A stretch of DNA of 64,000 bases from Acidimicrobiia bacterium (GCA_022821685.1 JAJEDD010000018.1:62655-126654); one strand, 5' to 3'. Counted from the first letter of the stretch, positions 28,303 through 37,099 are shown. Notes: a model not told the origin generated them from the letters alone. Numbers and translations: made by a program.

Positions 28303-28392
28303 GCGGCCGGTGAGCGAAGCGAACATGAGCGGGGGACCGCGGCCTCAGCGGCCGGTGAGCGGAGCGAACATGAGCGGGAGACCGCGGCCTGA
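28303..28392 (+). repeat. Two tandem 45-bp units related to the MITE core
   Basis: gcggccggtgagcgaagcgaacatgagcgggggaccgcggcctca followed by gcggccggtgagcggagcgaacatgagcgggagaccgcggcctga. Compare the MITE core ggcccgtgagcgcagcgaacaagagcggg. Confidence 0.8.
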
Positions 28393-28858
28393 GCGGTTCC
28401 GTCGTCACGGCGTGCGGGCTCTGGTTGCGGCTGCGTTGGTGGTCGCCGTCGATCAGATCACCAAGCAGTGGGCGCTGGCAGCCCTCGACGGGGGACGGGT
28501 TATCGATCTGGTATGGACGCTGCGGCTGCGTCTCGTGTTCAACACTGGAGCGGCCTTCAGCAGCTTCGAGGGTCTCGGGCCGCTGCTCGGGCTCGCAGCC
28601 GTGGCGATCGCCGCGGCCCTGCTGTTGAATCGGCGGCTGGCCTCCGACCGGTGGTCGGCTATCGCGGCCGGGTGCATTGCCGGTGGAGCGCTCGGCAACC
28701 TCAGCGACCGTCTCTTCCGGTCGAGCGACGGCTTCCTGCAGGGTGCGGTGATCGACTTCATCGACGTCCAATGGTGGCCGGTGTGGAACGTGGCCGACAT
28801 GGGGGTCGTGCTGGGCGGCGCCGCCCTGGTGTGGCACGCCTATCGCCGAGCAAGATGA
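28370..28858 (+). CDS. lspA: Lipoprotein signal peptidase (signal peptidase II)
   Basis: VDQITKQWA, VFNTGAAFS, VIDFIDV, WNVADMG. Start placed at ATG 28370 because codons from 28310 are the 45-bp repeat. A later start is also possible. Confidence 0.85.
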   Translation: MSGRPRPERFRRHGVRALVAAALVVAVDQITKQWALAALDGGRVIDLVWTLRLRLVFNTGAAFSSFEGLGPLLGLAAVAIAAALLLNRRLASDRWSAIAAGCIAGGALGNLSDRLFRSSDGFLQGAVIDFIDVQWWPVWNVADMGVVLGGAALVWHAYRRAR

Positions 28859-29814
28859 CCCCCGAGGCCGAGCGCGGCCACAACGATTCGCCCGCCGACG
28901 GCGAGGTTGTCGGGGCGGCTCTCGACGGCTTGCGGCTCGATCGGGCGGTGGCCCTGCTGGCCGACGTGAGCCGCTCGACCGCGGCCCGCCTAGTGGCGGA
29001 GGGCAACGTGCGCCTCGACGGGACGCCGGTCACCTCTGGGGCTCGGAGAGTGGCGGCGGGCGAATCGCTGTTGATCGACGCCGGGTCGGACTGCGATCCC
29101 GGCCCGGCCCCCGACAACAATGTGGCCTTCGCGACCGTCTTCGAGGATCCGGACGTGATCGTGGTGGACAAGCCGGCCGGGCTGGTGGTGCATCCCGGCG
29201 CGGGCCACGATCGGGCCACCCTCGTCAACGGCCTGCTGGCCCGCTATCCGGAACTGGAGGGGATCGGCGATCCCGACCGGCCCGGCATCGTGCATCGGCT
29301 CGACCGGGGCACGTCGGGGCTGCTGGTGGTGGCCCGCACCGAGCGGGCCTACCGGTCGCTGGTCGAGCAGCTGCAATCCCACGAGCCCGAGCGGATCTAC
29401 AGCGCGCTGGTGTGGGGCCGCCCCGAAGCCTCGTCGGGGGTCGTGGACGCTCCCGTGGGCCGGTCGAGCCGCAACCCGCTGCGCATGACGGTTACCGACC
29501 GGGGCCGTCCCGCCCGCACCCGCTACGAGGTGCAGCGGCGCTTCGCCGAGCCGGCGCCGACGGCTCTGCTGGAGTGTCGGCTCGAGACCGGCCGCACCCA
29601 CCAGATCAGGGTTCACCTCCGGGCCATCGGCCATGCCGTCGTCGGCGATCCGACCTACGGCGCCGGCGGGCGCGGCGGCGATGTATTCGGGCTGTCGCGG
29701 CCGTTCCTGCACGCTCGCTCCCTGTCGTTTCGCCACCCCGCCAGCGACGCAACGGTAAGCGCCGAGTCGCCCCTGCCACCAGACCTGGCCGAAGTCTTGG
29801 AGTCCTGCCGCTAG
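28855..29814 (+). CDS. rluD: RluA-family 23S rRNA pseudouridine synthase (RluD-like)
   Basis: ATGA overlap with lspA. S4-like N-terminus (RLDRAVALL), catalytic HRLDRGTSGLLVVA, THQIRVHL. Confidence 0.9.
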   Translation: MTPEAERGHNDSPADGEVVGAALDGLRLDRAVALLADVSRSTAARLVAEGNVRLDGTPVTSGARRVAAGESLLIDAGSDCDPGPAPDNNVAFATVFEDPDVIVVDKPAGLVVHPGAGHDRATLVNGLLARYPELEGIGDPDRPGIVHRLDRGTSGLLVVARTERAYRSLVEQLQSHEPERIYSALVWGRPEASSGVVDAPVGRSSRNPLRMTVTDRGRPARTRYEVQRRFAEPAPTALLECRLETGRTHQIRVHLRAIGHAVVGDPTYGAGGRGGDVFGLSRPFLHARSLSFRHPASDATVSAESPLPPDLAEVLESCR

Positions 29815-29853
29815 CCGGGCCGGGCTCGCTCGCCGATCCGCTCGGCCTCCTAG
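29811..29853. mobile_element. 43-bp mini-derivative of the MITE (CTAG...CTAG)
   Basis: ctagccgggccgggctcgctcgccgatccgctcggcctcctag. The first CTAG contains the rluD stop codon. Same length and ends as the copy at 58389-58431. Confidence 0.5.
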
Positions 29854-30006
29854 AGCGAGCACAAATGGGTGAGGGCCTGTTTCGTCCCGGCGGGGTATTC
29901 CCCGCTCTTGTTCGCTGCGCTCACGGGCCGCCCAAACCACAGCAACACAGCCCACGGCCTCGCCCGGATGGGCCGGAATCGCTCGTCTATCCGCTCGGCC
30001 TCCTAG
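29850..30006 (-). mobile_element. MITE-like element, copy d (157-bp variant, reverse orientation)
   Basis: ctagagcgagcacaaatgggtgag...cccgctcttgttcgctgcgctcac...ccacggcctcgcc...ccgctcggcctcctag. The right-hand CTAG supplies the stop codon of the Rrf2 gene. Confidence 0.8.
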
Positions 30007-30455
30007 GCGCGGTCCTCGTCGGCTGGGGGCCAGGGTGCCTCGCCCTGGGCCATGGCTGTGATCTGGGCCAGGCTGAACGAGTCGAGGAACCTGCGCATGT
30101 GGGTTCCCGAGGCCGACCAGATGGCCAGCAGCACGCACTGACCCTCGTGGTCGCAGGCGCCGTCGGTGTGGGGCTCGCCGAAGTCGCCGGCCGCGATTGG
30201 GCCGTCTACCGCCCGTACGATCTCCGACAGCCTGATGTCGGCCGGGTCGCGGGCCAGCACGTAGCCGCCGCCCACACCCCGCTTGGAGCGCACCAGCCCG
30301 GCGCCCTTGAGGGCTAGCAGGATTTGCTCCAGGTAGGGCTGGGGCAGGGCGGTGCGCTCGGCGATCTCGCGCACCGAGGTGGGAGCGTTCTCGCCGTGCA
30401 GCGCCAGCGACAGCAGGGCCCGGGAGGCGTAGTCCCCCCGGGTCGACACCCTCAT
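30003..30455 (-). CDS. Rrf2-family transcriptional regulator
   Basis: MRVSTRGDYASRALLSLA..., wHTH VREIAERTALPQPYLEQILLALKGAGLVRSKRGVGGGY, and a Cys pair (CDHEGQC). ATG 30455 chosen because upstream ORF-track codons are Arg/Pro junk. Confidence 0.85.
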   Translation of the reverse strand: MRVSTRGDYASRALLSLALHGENAPTSVREIAERTALPQPYLEQILLALKGAGLVRSKRGVGGGYVLARDPADIRLSEIVRAVDGPIAAGDFGEPHTDGACDHEGQCVLLAIWSASGTHMRRFLDSFSLAQITAMAQGEAPWPPADEDRA

Positions 30456-30499
30456 GGCCGCTCGTCGGTGGGCGCGCTCACGGTGGCATCCTAGATGCC

Positions 30500-31624
30500 G
30501 TGGCCCGACCGGAACCGATCCCCGCGCCCCAACCGCCGGTGGTGCCGGCCTACGGAGGCGGCTGCGTGGCCGACATCGTGCCCGCCATCCTCGAGCCCGG
30601 CCCCGAGGCCTCGCCGGGACCGCTGCCGGCCGAGGTGCTCGACGCTTCCGCGGTGGTGCTGCTGATTCTGGACGGATTGGGGGCCGAGCAGCTGGCGGCA
30701 CGGCCGCGGGTCGCGCCCACGCTGCACGAGATGCAGGTCGCCACGGTCACCACCGTGGCCCCGAGCACCACCGCGTCCGCCCTCACCTCCATCGCCACCG
30801 GGGCTGCGGTGGGCGAGCACGGGATTGTGGGCTACCGGATCCGTACCGACGATGGCAACCTCAACGTCCTCAAGTGGAAGACCCCTCAGGGCGACAGCAT
30901 CGAGCGCATCCGGCCCGAGCGCTTCCAGCCCGTGGCCGCCTTCGGGGGTCAGCGTCCGCCCGCGCTGCAACCGGAGATCTACCGCAAGTCCGGCTTCAGC
31001 CGCGCCTATCTCCGAGATGCCCGCCGCTGCGGATACAAGATGCTGTCGAGCCTGGTGGTGGAGGTGCGCCGGCTTCTTGCCGCGGGGGAGTCCTTCGTCT
31101 ACGCCTACTACGAGGGTCCCGACACAGTGGCCCACGAACACGGCTTCGGCGAGCACTACGAGGCCGAGCTGCGGGCCTGCGACCGGCTGATGGCCGACCT
31201 GCTCACCGTGCTGCCCCGCGGCACGGCGGTGGTGGCCACATCGGACCACGGACTGGTGGACTGCTCCAGCGGCGTGGTCAAGATCGACCCCTCGGTGCTC
31301 AAGTGCACCCGGGCCGAGTCGGGCGAGGCCCGATTCCGCTGGCTGCACGCCAAGCCTGGCCGGGCCCGCGACCTGTATTCGGCCGCGGCCAGCGCCCACG
31401 GCGAGCAGGCCTGGGTCCACACCGCCGACGAGATCGTCGAGGCGGGCTGGCTGGGGCCGACAGTCACAGACGCGGCCCGCTCACGGCTGGGCGACGTGGC
31501 CCTGGTTGCCCGCCACGACTGGGCGTTCGGCCATCCCGACGACGGATCCCGAGAGCTAATCGGCCGCCACGGCTCGCTGACCCTGGCCGAGATGCTGGTG
31601 CCGCTGCTAGTACACGTCGCCTAG
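30500..31624 (+). CDS. Alkaline-phosphatase-superfamily protein (nucleotide pyrophosphatase/phosphodiesterase-like)
   Basis: VVLLILDGLGAEQL and TTVAPSTTASALTSIATG (metal/nucleophile region), YYEGPDTVAHEHG, ATSDHG. Confidence 0.6.
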   Translation: MARPEPIPAPQPPVVPAYGGGCVADIVPAILEPGPEASPGPLPAEVLDASAVVLLILDGLGAEQLAARPRVAPTLHEMQVATVTTVAPSTTASALTSIATGAAVGEHGIVGYRIRTDDGNLNVLKWKTPQGDSIERIRPERFQPVAAFGGQRPPALQPEIYRKSGFSRAYLRDARRCGYKMLSSLVVEVRRLLAAGESFVYAYYEGPDTVAHEHGFGEHYEAELRACDRLMADLLTVLPRGTAVVATSDHGLVDCSSGVVKIDPSVLKCTRAESGEARFRWLHAKPGRARDLYSAAASAHGEQAWVHTADEIVEAGWLGPTVTDAARSRLGDVALVARHDWAFGHPDDGSRELIGRHGSLTLAEMLVPLLVHVA

Positions 31625-31762
31625 AGGCCGAGCGGATAGGCGAGCGAATCCGCCCCATACGGGTGAGGCCGTGGCCCGAGCGGCCCGTGAGCGCAGCGAA
31701 CAAGAGCGGGAAAGACCCCGCTGCGACGCGACTGGCTCTCACCTATCTGCGGGGCCCTTTAG
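31621..31762 (+). mobile_element. MITE-like element, copy e1 (142 bp)
   Basis: ctagaggccgagcggataggcgagcg...ggccgtggcccgagcggcccgtgagcgcagcgaacaagagcggg...ctcacctatctgcggggccctttag. TAG 31622-31624 is the stop of the preceding gene. Confidence 0.85.
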
Positions 31763-31890
31763 AGCCGAGCGGATAGGCGAGCGAATCCGGCCCATACGGG
31801 CGAGGCCGTGGCCCGCCCAACCACGACATCACAGTCCACGGCCTCGCTGAGCCCGACAGTGCGGCAGTCATCAGTCCGCTCGGCCTCTAG
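31759..31890 (+). mobile_element. MITE-like element, copy e2 (variant with perfect 14-bp TIR)
   Basis: ttagagccgagcggataggcgagcg...gccgtggcccgcccaaccacgacatcacagtccacggc...ccgctcggcctctag. Shares its first TTAG with the end of e1. Confidence 0.75.
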
Positions 31891-31900
31891 GGTCTAGGCC

Positions 31901-32419
31901 GTGCAAGGCGATGCCAGTGGCAAGAGTGTCGGCAACGAGCCCCACGCCGTGTTGGCGCCCGATGCAGTGGTGGTGACCGAGGGCGAGGCCGGCGACGAGA
32001 TCAACGAGACCATCGATCATCCGGCCAAGGTCATGCGCATCGGCACCATGCTCAAGCAGCTGCTGGCCGAGGTCCGCTCCACCGAGCTCGACGAGGCCAG
32101 CCGCCAGCGCCTGCGCGAGATCTACGAGACGTCGGTGGGCGAGGTCGGCTCGGCCCTGTCGGCGGACCTGCGCGAGGAGCTAACCAGGCTCGCCTCGCCC
32201 TTCGACCAGGCCGAGCCCCCCTCCGCCATGGAGCTGCAGATTGCCAAGGCTCAGCTCGTGGGCTGGCTCGAGGGCCTCATCCAGGGCATGAAGGCGATGC
32301 TGCTGGCCCAGCAGATGAGCGCCCACCAGCAGCTCCAGTCGATGCGGGGCGAGCTGCCGCCGGGGCTCCACCCCCACCAAGAAAGCGATCCAGCAACCCG
32401 CCCCGGCACCTACCTGTAG
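31901..32419 (+). CDS. bpa: Bacterial proteasome activator (Bpa/PafE family)
   Basis: HPAKVMRIGTMLKQLLAEV, LREIYETS, QLVGWLEGL, and a C-terminal ...RPGTYL that matches the GQYL-type proteasome-docking motif. Confidence 0.75.
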   Translation: MQGDASGKSVGNEPHAVLAPDAVVVTEGEAGDEINETIDHPAKVMRIGTMLKQLLAEVRSTELDEASRQRLREIYETSVGEVGSALSADLREELTRLASPFDQAEPPSAMELQIAKAQLVGWLEGLIQGMKAMLLAQQMSAHQQLQSMRGELPPGLHPHQESDPATRPGTYL

Positions 32420-32443
32420 ATCTTCCAGGAAGGGTCTCAGAGC

Positions 32444-32552
32444 AGGCGCGGCATTGGCCGCGGCACCGGTCCGGCCTCTCACCCGCCACGCGCCGCCTGA
32501 GACGAAGCGGTACAAGGCGCGGCATTGGCCGCGGCACCGGTCCGGCCTCTCA
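32444..32552 (+). repeat. Two 38-bp direct repeats (period 71 bp) between bpa and dnaE
   Basis: aggcgcggcattggccgcggcaccggtccggcctctca at 32444-32481 and 32515-32552. Confidence 0.85.
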
Positions 32553-32654
32553 GTTGCGCGACCGCCCGCCTGGCGCGTATGGTGCGAATCACAGCTGTGT
32601 GATTCATCCACAGCGGTATGAACACCTTGTCCACAGTGTCCACAGGAGGCGCGG

Positions 32655-35600
32655 GTGGCTGACTCCTTCGTCCACCTCCACACCCACACCGAGTACTCGA
32701 TACTCGACGGAGCGTCCCGGCTCGACGAGCTGATCGACGCCTCGGTCGCCGACGGCCAGCCCGCGCTGGGCATCACCGACCACGGCAACATGTACGGGGT
32801 CCTGGACTTCTACCGCAAGTGCTCCGAGCGGGGCATCAAGCCCGTCATCGGCACCGAGGCCTACATGGCCCACAACTCCCGCCACGAGCGGCCGCCACGG
32901 CGGGGGCGGGTCGACGACTCCGGCGGCGACACCGAGGGCGGCGGCAAGCTCTACTACCACCTCACGCTGCTGGCCACCGACAACACCGGCTACAAGAACC
33001 TCATCAAGGTCTCCAGCCGGGCCTTCATGGAGGGCTACTACTACAAGCCCCGCTGCGACTGGGAGACGCTCAGCGACCATCACGCCGGGCTGGTGGCCAC
33101 CACCGGCTGCCTGGGCGGCCAGGTGCCCCAGGCACTGCTGCGGGGCAACCCCGAAGAGGCCCTCGAGAAGGCGGCCCGATTCCAGGACATCTTCGGCCGC
33201 GACAGCTACTACGTGGAGATGCAGGACCACGGCATCCCCGAACAGCGCCAGATCAACCCGCAGCTGCTGGAGATCGCCCGCCGGTTGAATGCCCCGCTGC
33301 TGGCCACCAACGACAGCCACTACACCCACCGCCACGACGCCGCCGCCCACGACGCGCTGCTGTGCGTGCAGACCGGCTCCCTGCTCGCCGACACCGACCG
33401 CCTCAAGTTCCACGGCGACGACCACTACCTCAAGTCGGCGGCCGAGATGCGCCACATCTTCTCGGACATCCCCGAGGCCTGCGACAACACCCTGGGCATC
33501 GCCGAGCGATCCGATGTGAGCATCACCTTCGGCGAGCTGCGGCTGCCCCACTTCGAGGTGCCCGAGGGCTTCGAGGACGACCGCGAGTACCTGGAGCACC
33601 TCACCATGGCGGGTGCCCGCGAGCGCTGGGGCGACCCCCTGCCCGAAGCGGCGGCCAAGCGCCTGGCCTACGAGCTCGAGGTCATCACCAACATGGGGTT
33701 CGCCTCCTACTTCCTCATCACCTGGGACCTCATCGCCTACGCCCGGCGCCGGGGCATCCGGGTGGGTCCGGGCCGGGGCTCGGCCGCGGGCTGCGCGGTG
33801 GCCTACAGCCTGCGCATCACCGACCTCGACCCGATCCGCTACGACCTGCTGTTCGAGCGGTTCCTCAACCCGTCGCGGGTGTCGATGCCCGACATCGACA
33901 TGGACTTCGACTCGCGCTACCGCGACGAGATGATCAACTACGCGGCCGACCGCTACGGGCGCGAGCACGTTGCCCAGATCATCACCTTCGGGCGCATCAA
34001 GGCCCGGGCCGCGGTGCGAGACGCGGCCCGGGTGCTGGGTTACCCCCATGCGCTGGGCGACCGCATCGCCAAGGCCATGCCGCCGCTGATCCTGGGCCGC
34101 GACACTCCCCTGAAGTACTGCTTCGAGGACTCTGAGACCCACCACGAGGGCTATCTGGCCGCGGCCGAACTGCGCCAGATGTACGACACCGACAGCGAGG
34201 TGGCCGAGGTGGTCGACGCGGCCCGGGGACTGGAGGGCATGCGGCGCCAGGACGGCATCCACGCTGCGGCGGTGGTCATCGCCCCAGAGCCGCTGACCGA
34301 GTACATGCCCATCCAGCGCAAGCCCGAGCAGGGCCGCAGCGCCGAGGAGGCACCCATCGTCACCCAGTACGAGATGCACGGGGTGGAGGACCTGGGCCTG
34401 CTCAAGATGGACTTCCTGGGCCTGCGCAACCTCGACGTCATCACCGACGCGATCGGGCTGATCGAGCAGACCCGAGGCGTCACCGTCGATGTCGACGCCG
34501 TCGCGCTCGACGACGAGGCCACCTTCAAGATGCTGCGCGAGGGCGACACCATCGGCGTCTTCCAGCTTGAGAATCCCCAGGTGCGCTCGCTGGTGCGCTC
34601 GCTGGCCCCCACTGCCTTCGACGACATCTGCGCGCTGGTGGCGCTGTACCGGCCGGGGCCGATGGCGGCCAACATGCACCACGACTACGCCGACCGCAAG
34701 AACGGCCGCCGCCGGGTCGAGTACTTCCACGCCGACGCGGCCGACATCCTGGCCGACACCTACGGGCTGATGATCTACCAGGAGAGCGTGATGCGGGTGG
34801 CCCAGCGCTTCGCGGGCTACTCGCTGGCCGAGGCCGACCTGCTGCGCAAGGCCATGGGCAAGAAGATCCGCTCGGCCATGGCGGCCGAGGAGGAGAAGTT
34901 CGTGCAGGGGGTGGCCGACAACGGTTACGAGGCGGGCCTCGGCGCCGAACTGTTCAAGATCATCGAGCAGTTCGCCGACTACGCCTTCAACAAGAGCCAC
35001 AGCTACGGCTACGGCCTGGTCGCCTACCAGACCGCCTATCTGAAGGCCAACTATCCGGTGGAGTACCTCGCCGCCCTGCTCACCAGCGTGAAGCGCAAGC
35101 TGGAGAACGCCTCGGTCTATCTCCACGAGTGCCGCCTGCGGGGGATCGAGGTGCAGGTTCCTGACATCAACCGGTCGGCCTCCGACTTCACCCCCAGGCC
35201 CGGCGACGGGGCGGGGTCCGGTCCGGGCAGCATCGTGTACGGCCTCTCCGCGGTGCGCAACGTGGGCGAGGGGGTGGTGGAGCGGGTGATCGCCGAGCGC
35301 GAGTCCAACGGGCGCTACAGCTCCTTCGTCGATTTCGTGGAGCGGGTGGACGTCGACGTGTTGAACAAGCGCACCGTCGAGTCGCTGATCAAGGCGGGCG
35401 CCTTCGACTCACTGGACCATCGGCGCAAGGCCCTGTTGAGCGTGCACGAGTCGATCATCGACATGACGGTGCGCAAGCGCCGGGAGCACGAGGCCGGGGT
35501 CATGTCGCTGTTCGGGGAGCAGAGCGAGGGTCCATCCTTCGACGACCGCCCCGAGATCGGCGACGCCGAGTTCGAGCGCATGCAGAAGCTGGCCCACGAG

Positions 35601-36203
35601 AAGGAGATGCTCGGCCTCTACATCTCCGACCACCCCCTCAAGGGCATGGAGGCCCGGGTTCGTCGCCTCGCCGACTGCACCATCAGCGACCTCACCTCCG
35701 GGGCGTCCTCCAGTGACGACGCCGGTTTCTGGTCGGTGGGCGGGGTGATCACCGCGCTGAACCGGCGCTGGACCCGCAAGGGCGAGCTGATGGCCACCTT
35801 CACCCTGGAGGACCTCGAGGAGAAGATCGAGGTGCTGGTGTTCCCCAGGGCCATGTCCGAGCATGGGCCGAAGCTGGCCGACGACGCGGTAGTGGTTGTG
35901 CGGGGCCGCCTCGACACCCAGCAGGACACCCCCCGGTTCTTCGCCAACGACATAGAGCCGGTGGAGAGCACCGAGGAGGATCCGCCGCTGCGGGTCAACC
36001 TACCGCCGGCCCACCAGAACGACCGGCACCTGCGCGAGCTCAAGTCGGTGCTGTGCGCCCATCCGGGCGGCTCGCCGGTGGAGCTGCTGCTGGGCGGGCG
36101 GCGGGTGGCGCGCCTGCCCGAGGACTTCGCGGTCGACACCGCCAACGGCCTGCCCGCGGAGTTGCGCGAGCTGCTGGGCGCCCAGGCCATAGCCGGAGTG
36201 TGA
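32655..36203 (+). CDS. dnaE: DNA polymerase III alpha subunit
   Basis: AGGAGG 6 nt upstream of GTG 32655. PHP domain FVHLHTHTEYSILDG, MPDIDMDF, FNKSHSYGY, C-terminal OB fold. 1182 aa. Confidence 0.97.
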   Translation: MADSFVHLHTHTEYSILDGASRLDELIDASVADGQPALGITDHGNMYGVLDFYRKCSERGIKPVIGTEAYMAHNSRHERPPRRGRVDDSGGDTEGGGKLYYHLTLLATDNTGYKNLIKVSSRAFMEGYYYKPRCDWETLSDHHAGLVATTGCLGGQVPQALLRGNPEEALEKAARFQDIFGRDSYYVEMQDHGIPEQRQINPQLLEIARRLNAPLLATNDSHYTHRHDAAAHDALLCVQTGSLLADTDRLKFHGDDHYLKSAAEMRHIFSDIPEACDNTLGIAERSDVSITFGELRLPHFEVPEGFEDDREYLEHLTMAGARERWGDPLPEAAAKRLAYELEVITNMGFASYFLITWDLIAYARRRGIRVGPGRGSAAGCAVAYSLRITDLDPIRYDLLFERFLNPSRVSMPDIDMDFDSRYRDEMINYAADRYGREHVAQIITFGRIKARAAVRDAARVLGYPHALGDRIAKAMPPLILGRDTPLKYCFEDSETHHEGYLAAAELRQMYDTDSEVAEVVDAARGLEGMRRQDGIHAAAVVIAPEPLTEYMPIQRKPEQGRSAEEAPIVTQYEMHGVEDLGLLKMDFLGLRNLDVITDAIGLIEQTRGVTVDVDAVALDDEATFKMLREGDTIGVFQLENPQVRSLVRSLAPTAFDDICALVALYRPGPMAANMHHDYADRKNGRRRVEYFHADAADILADTYGLMIYQESVMRVAQRFAGYSLAEADLLRKAMGKKIRSAMAAEEEKFVQGVADNGYEAGLGAELFKIIEQFADYAFNKSHSYGYGLVAYQTAYLKANYPVEYLAALLTSVKRKLENASVYLHECRLRGIEVQVPDINRSASDFTPRPGDGAGSGPGSIVYGLSAVRNVGEGVVERVIAERESNGRYSSFVDFVERVDVDVLNKRTVESLIKAGAFDSLDHRRKALLSVHESIIDMTVRKRREHEAGVMSLFGEQSEGPSFDDRPEIGDAEFERMQKLAHEKEMLGLYISDHPLKGMEARVRRLADCTISDLTSGASSSDDAGFWSVGGVITALNRRWTRKGELMATFTLEDLEEKIEVLVFPRAMSEHGPKLADDAVVVVRGRLDTQQDTPRFFANDIEPVESTEEDPPLRVNLPPAHQNDRHLRELKSVLCAHPGGSPVELLLGGRRVARLPEDFAVDTANGLPAELRELLGAQAIAGV

Positions 36204-36390
36204 TTCCCGGCCTTCGGGTCGGCAAAGGCGACGGCGCCTCTGCACAGGGCGCGCAAGCCACAGCCGAAGCGTGATCCTGCTGCCCGCGTGGCGCGCTGGC
36301 CGCGAAACACCGCCGGTGGGTTGCGAAACCGGCGCGCGTCCCTGAGACTGGGACGACGGGTACGGGCGAGTCATAGGGGTGGAAGCCGTC

Positions 36391-37053
36391 ATGGCAATCA
36401 CGATCGAGACCAGGGACTGCACTGCGCTGGGAGATTCCGATCTGGTCGAGATGGCCGATCTCTGCGCCGTCTCCTCCAACGCATACGAGGTCGGCTCGCT
36501 CTCCAAGCAGGCCGAGGCCTGGGTCTTGGTCACCGAGGCCCGCGACAACGGCAAACTGCGGGGCTTCTCCTTCTGCACCCTGGAGCGCATCGGCGGAACG
36601 CCGTGCGTGCTGATCGGCGCCGGCCACACCTGCCGCACCACCCGCCGCGACACTGTGCTGCGGGGCATTGTCACCGACCAGCTTCGCCGGGCCGCCCTGT
36701 CCTTTCCCGACGAGGACGTGCTAGTCGGGATGCAGATCAACGATCCCGGCGCCTTCGAGGCGTTCAAGAGCCTCCACGATGTTGTTCCCCGGCCCGGCCA
36801 CAAGGCGACCGGCGAAGAGCGGGCGTGGGGCCGGCGCCTGGCCAAGCGCTTCGGCATCGGGTCGCTCAGCTACGAGGACCGGATCTTCACCACCCGCGGC
36901 AAGGGCGGACCCCCGGTAGTGCTCGACCACGCCAGCCTCAAGCAGGCTCCGGCTCAGTCGGCCGAGCTGCTCGACAGCCTGGTGATCGACGACGGCGACA
37001 CCCTGATAGTCCACGGCTGGGTGATGGCCGAGGAGCTCGAGAAGCTGCTGTAG
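36391..37053 (+). CDS. Hypothetical protein
   Basis: GC3-rich 220-aa frame (MAITIETRDCTALGDSDLVEMADLC...). Start ATG 36391 or GTG 36379. No motif recognised. Confidence 0.5.
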   Translation: MAITIETRDCTALGDSDLVEMADLCAVSSNAYEVGSLSKQAEAWVLVTEARDNGKLRGFSFCTLERIGGTPCVLIGAGHTCRTTRRDTVLRGIVTDQLRRAALSFPDEDVLVGMQINDPGAFEAFKSLHDVVPRPGHKATGEERAWGRRLAKRFGIGSLSYEDRIFTTRGKGGPPVVLDHASLKQAPAQSAELLDSLVIDDGDTLIVHGWVMAEELEKLL

Positions 37054-37099
37054 GTCAGCCGCCGCGCCCGCAGCTTGCGGGCAAACGGCAGGGCTTGAG

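Noticed and set aside
28310-28369. ORF-track start of lspA at 28310, and similar extended starts of ppk (9310), yyaL (50630), menG (53837), the Rrf2 gene (30701) and rsmH (9685)
   Set aside because: The extra N-terminal codons run through repeat elements or non-protein-like sequence. Shorter starts consistent with family N-termini were chosen, but exact starts remain uncertain.
28303-28392. Tandem 45-bp units and the dispersed 142-bp repeats as a CRISPR array
   Set aside because: Only two adjacent units are present, with no spacers. The dispersed copies have TIRs and are kilobases apart. No cas genes are present.
30500-31624. Alkaline-phosphatase-superfamily gene as a PglZ/BREX component
   Set aside because: No other BREX genes (methyltransferase, PglX, BrxC, Lon-like) are nearby. 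The gene sits in core context next to an Rrf2 regulator. A nucleotide pyrophosphatase-like housekeeping enzyme is more likely.
32604-35126. 840-aa ORF on the - strand
   Set aside because: It lies entirely antisense to dnaE, whose identity is unambiguous. The composition (G/V/A/H/L runs) is not protein-like.
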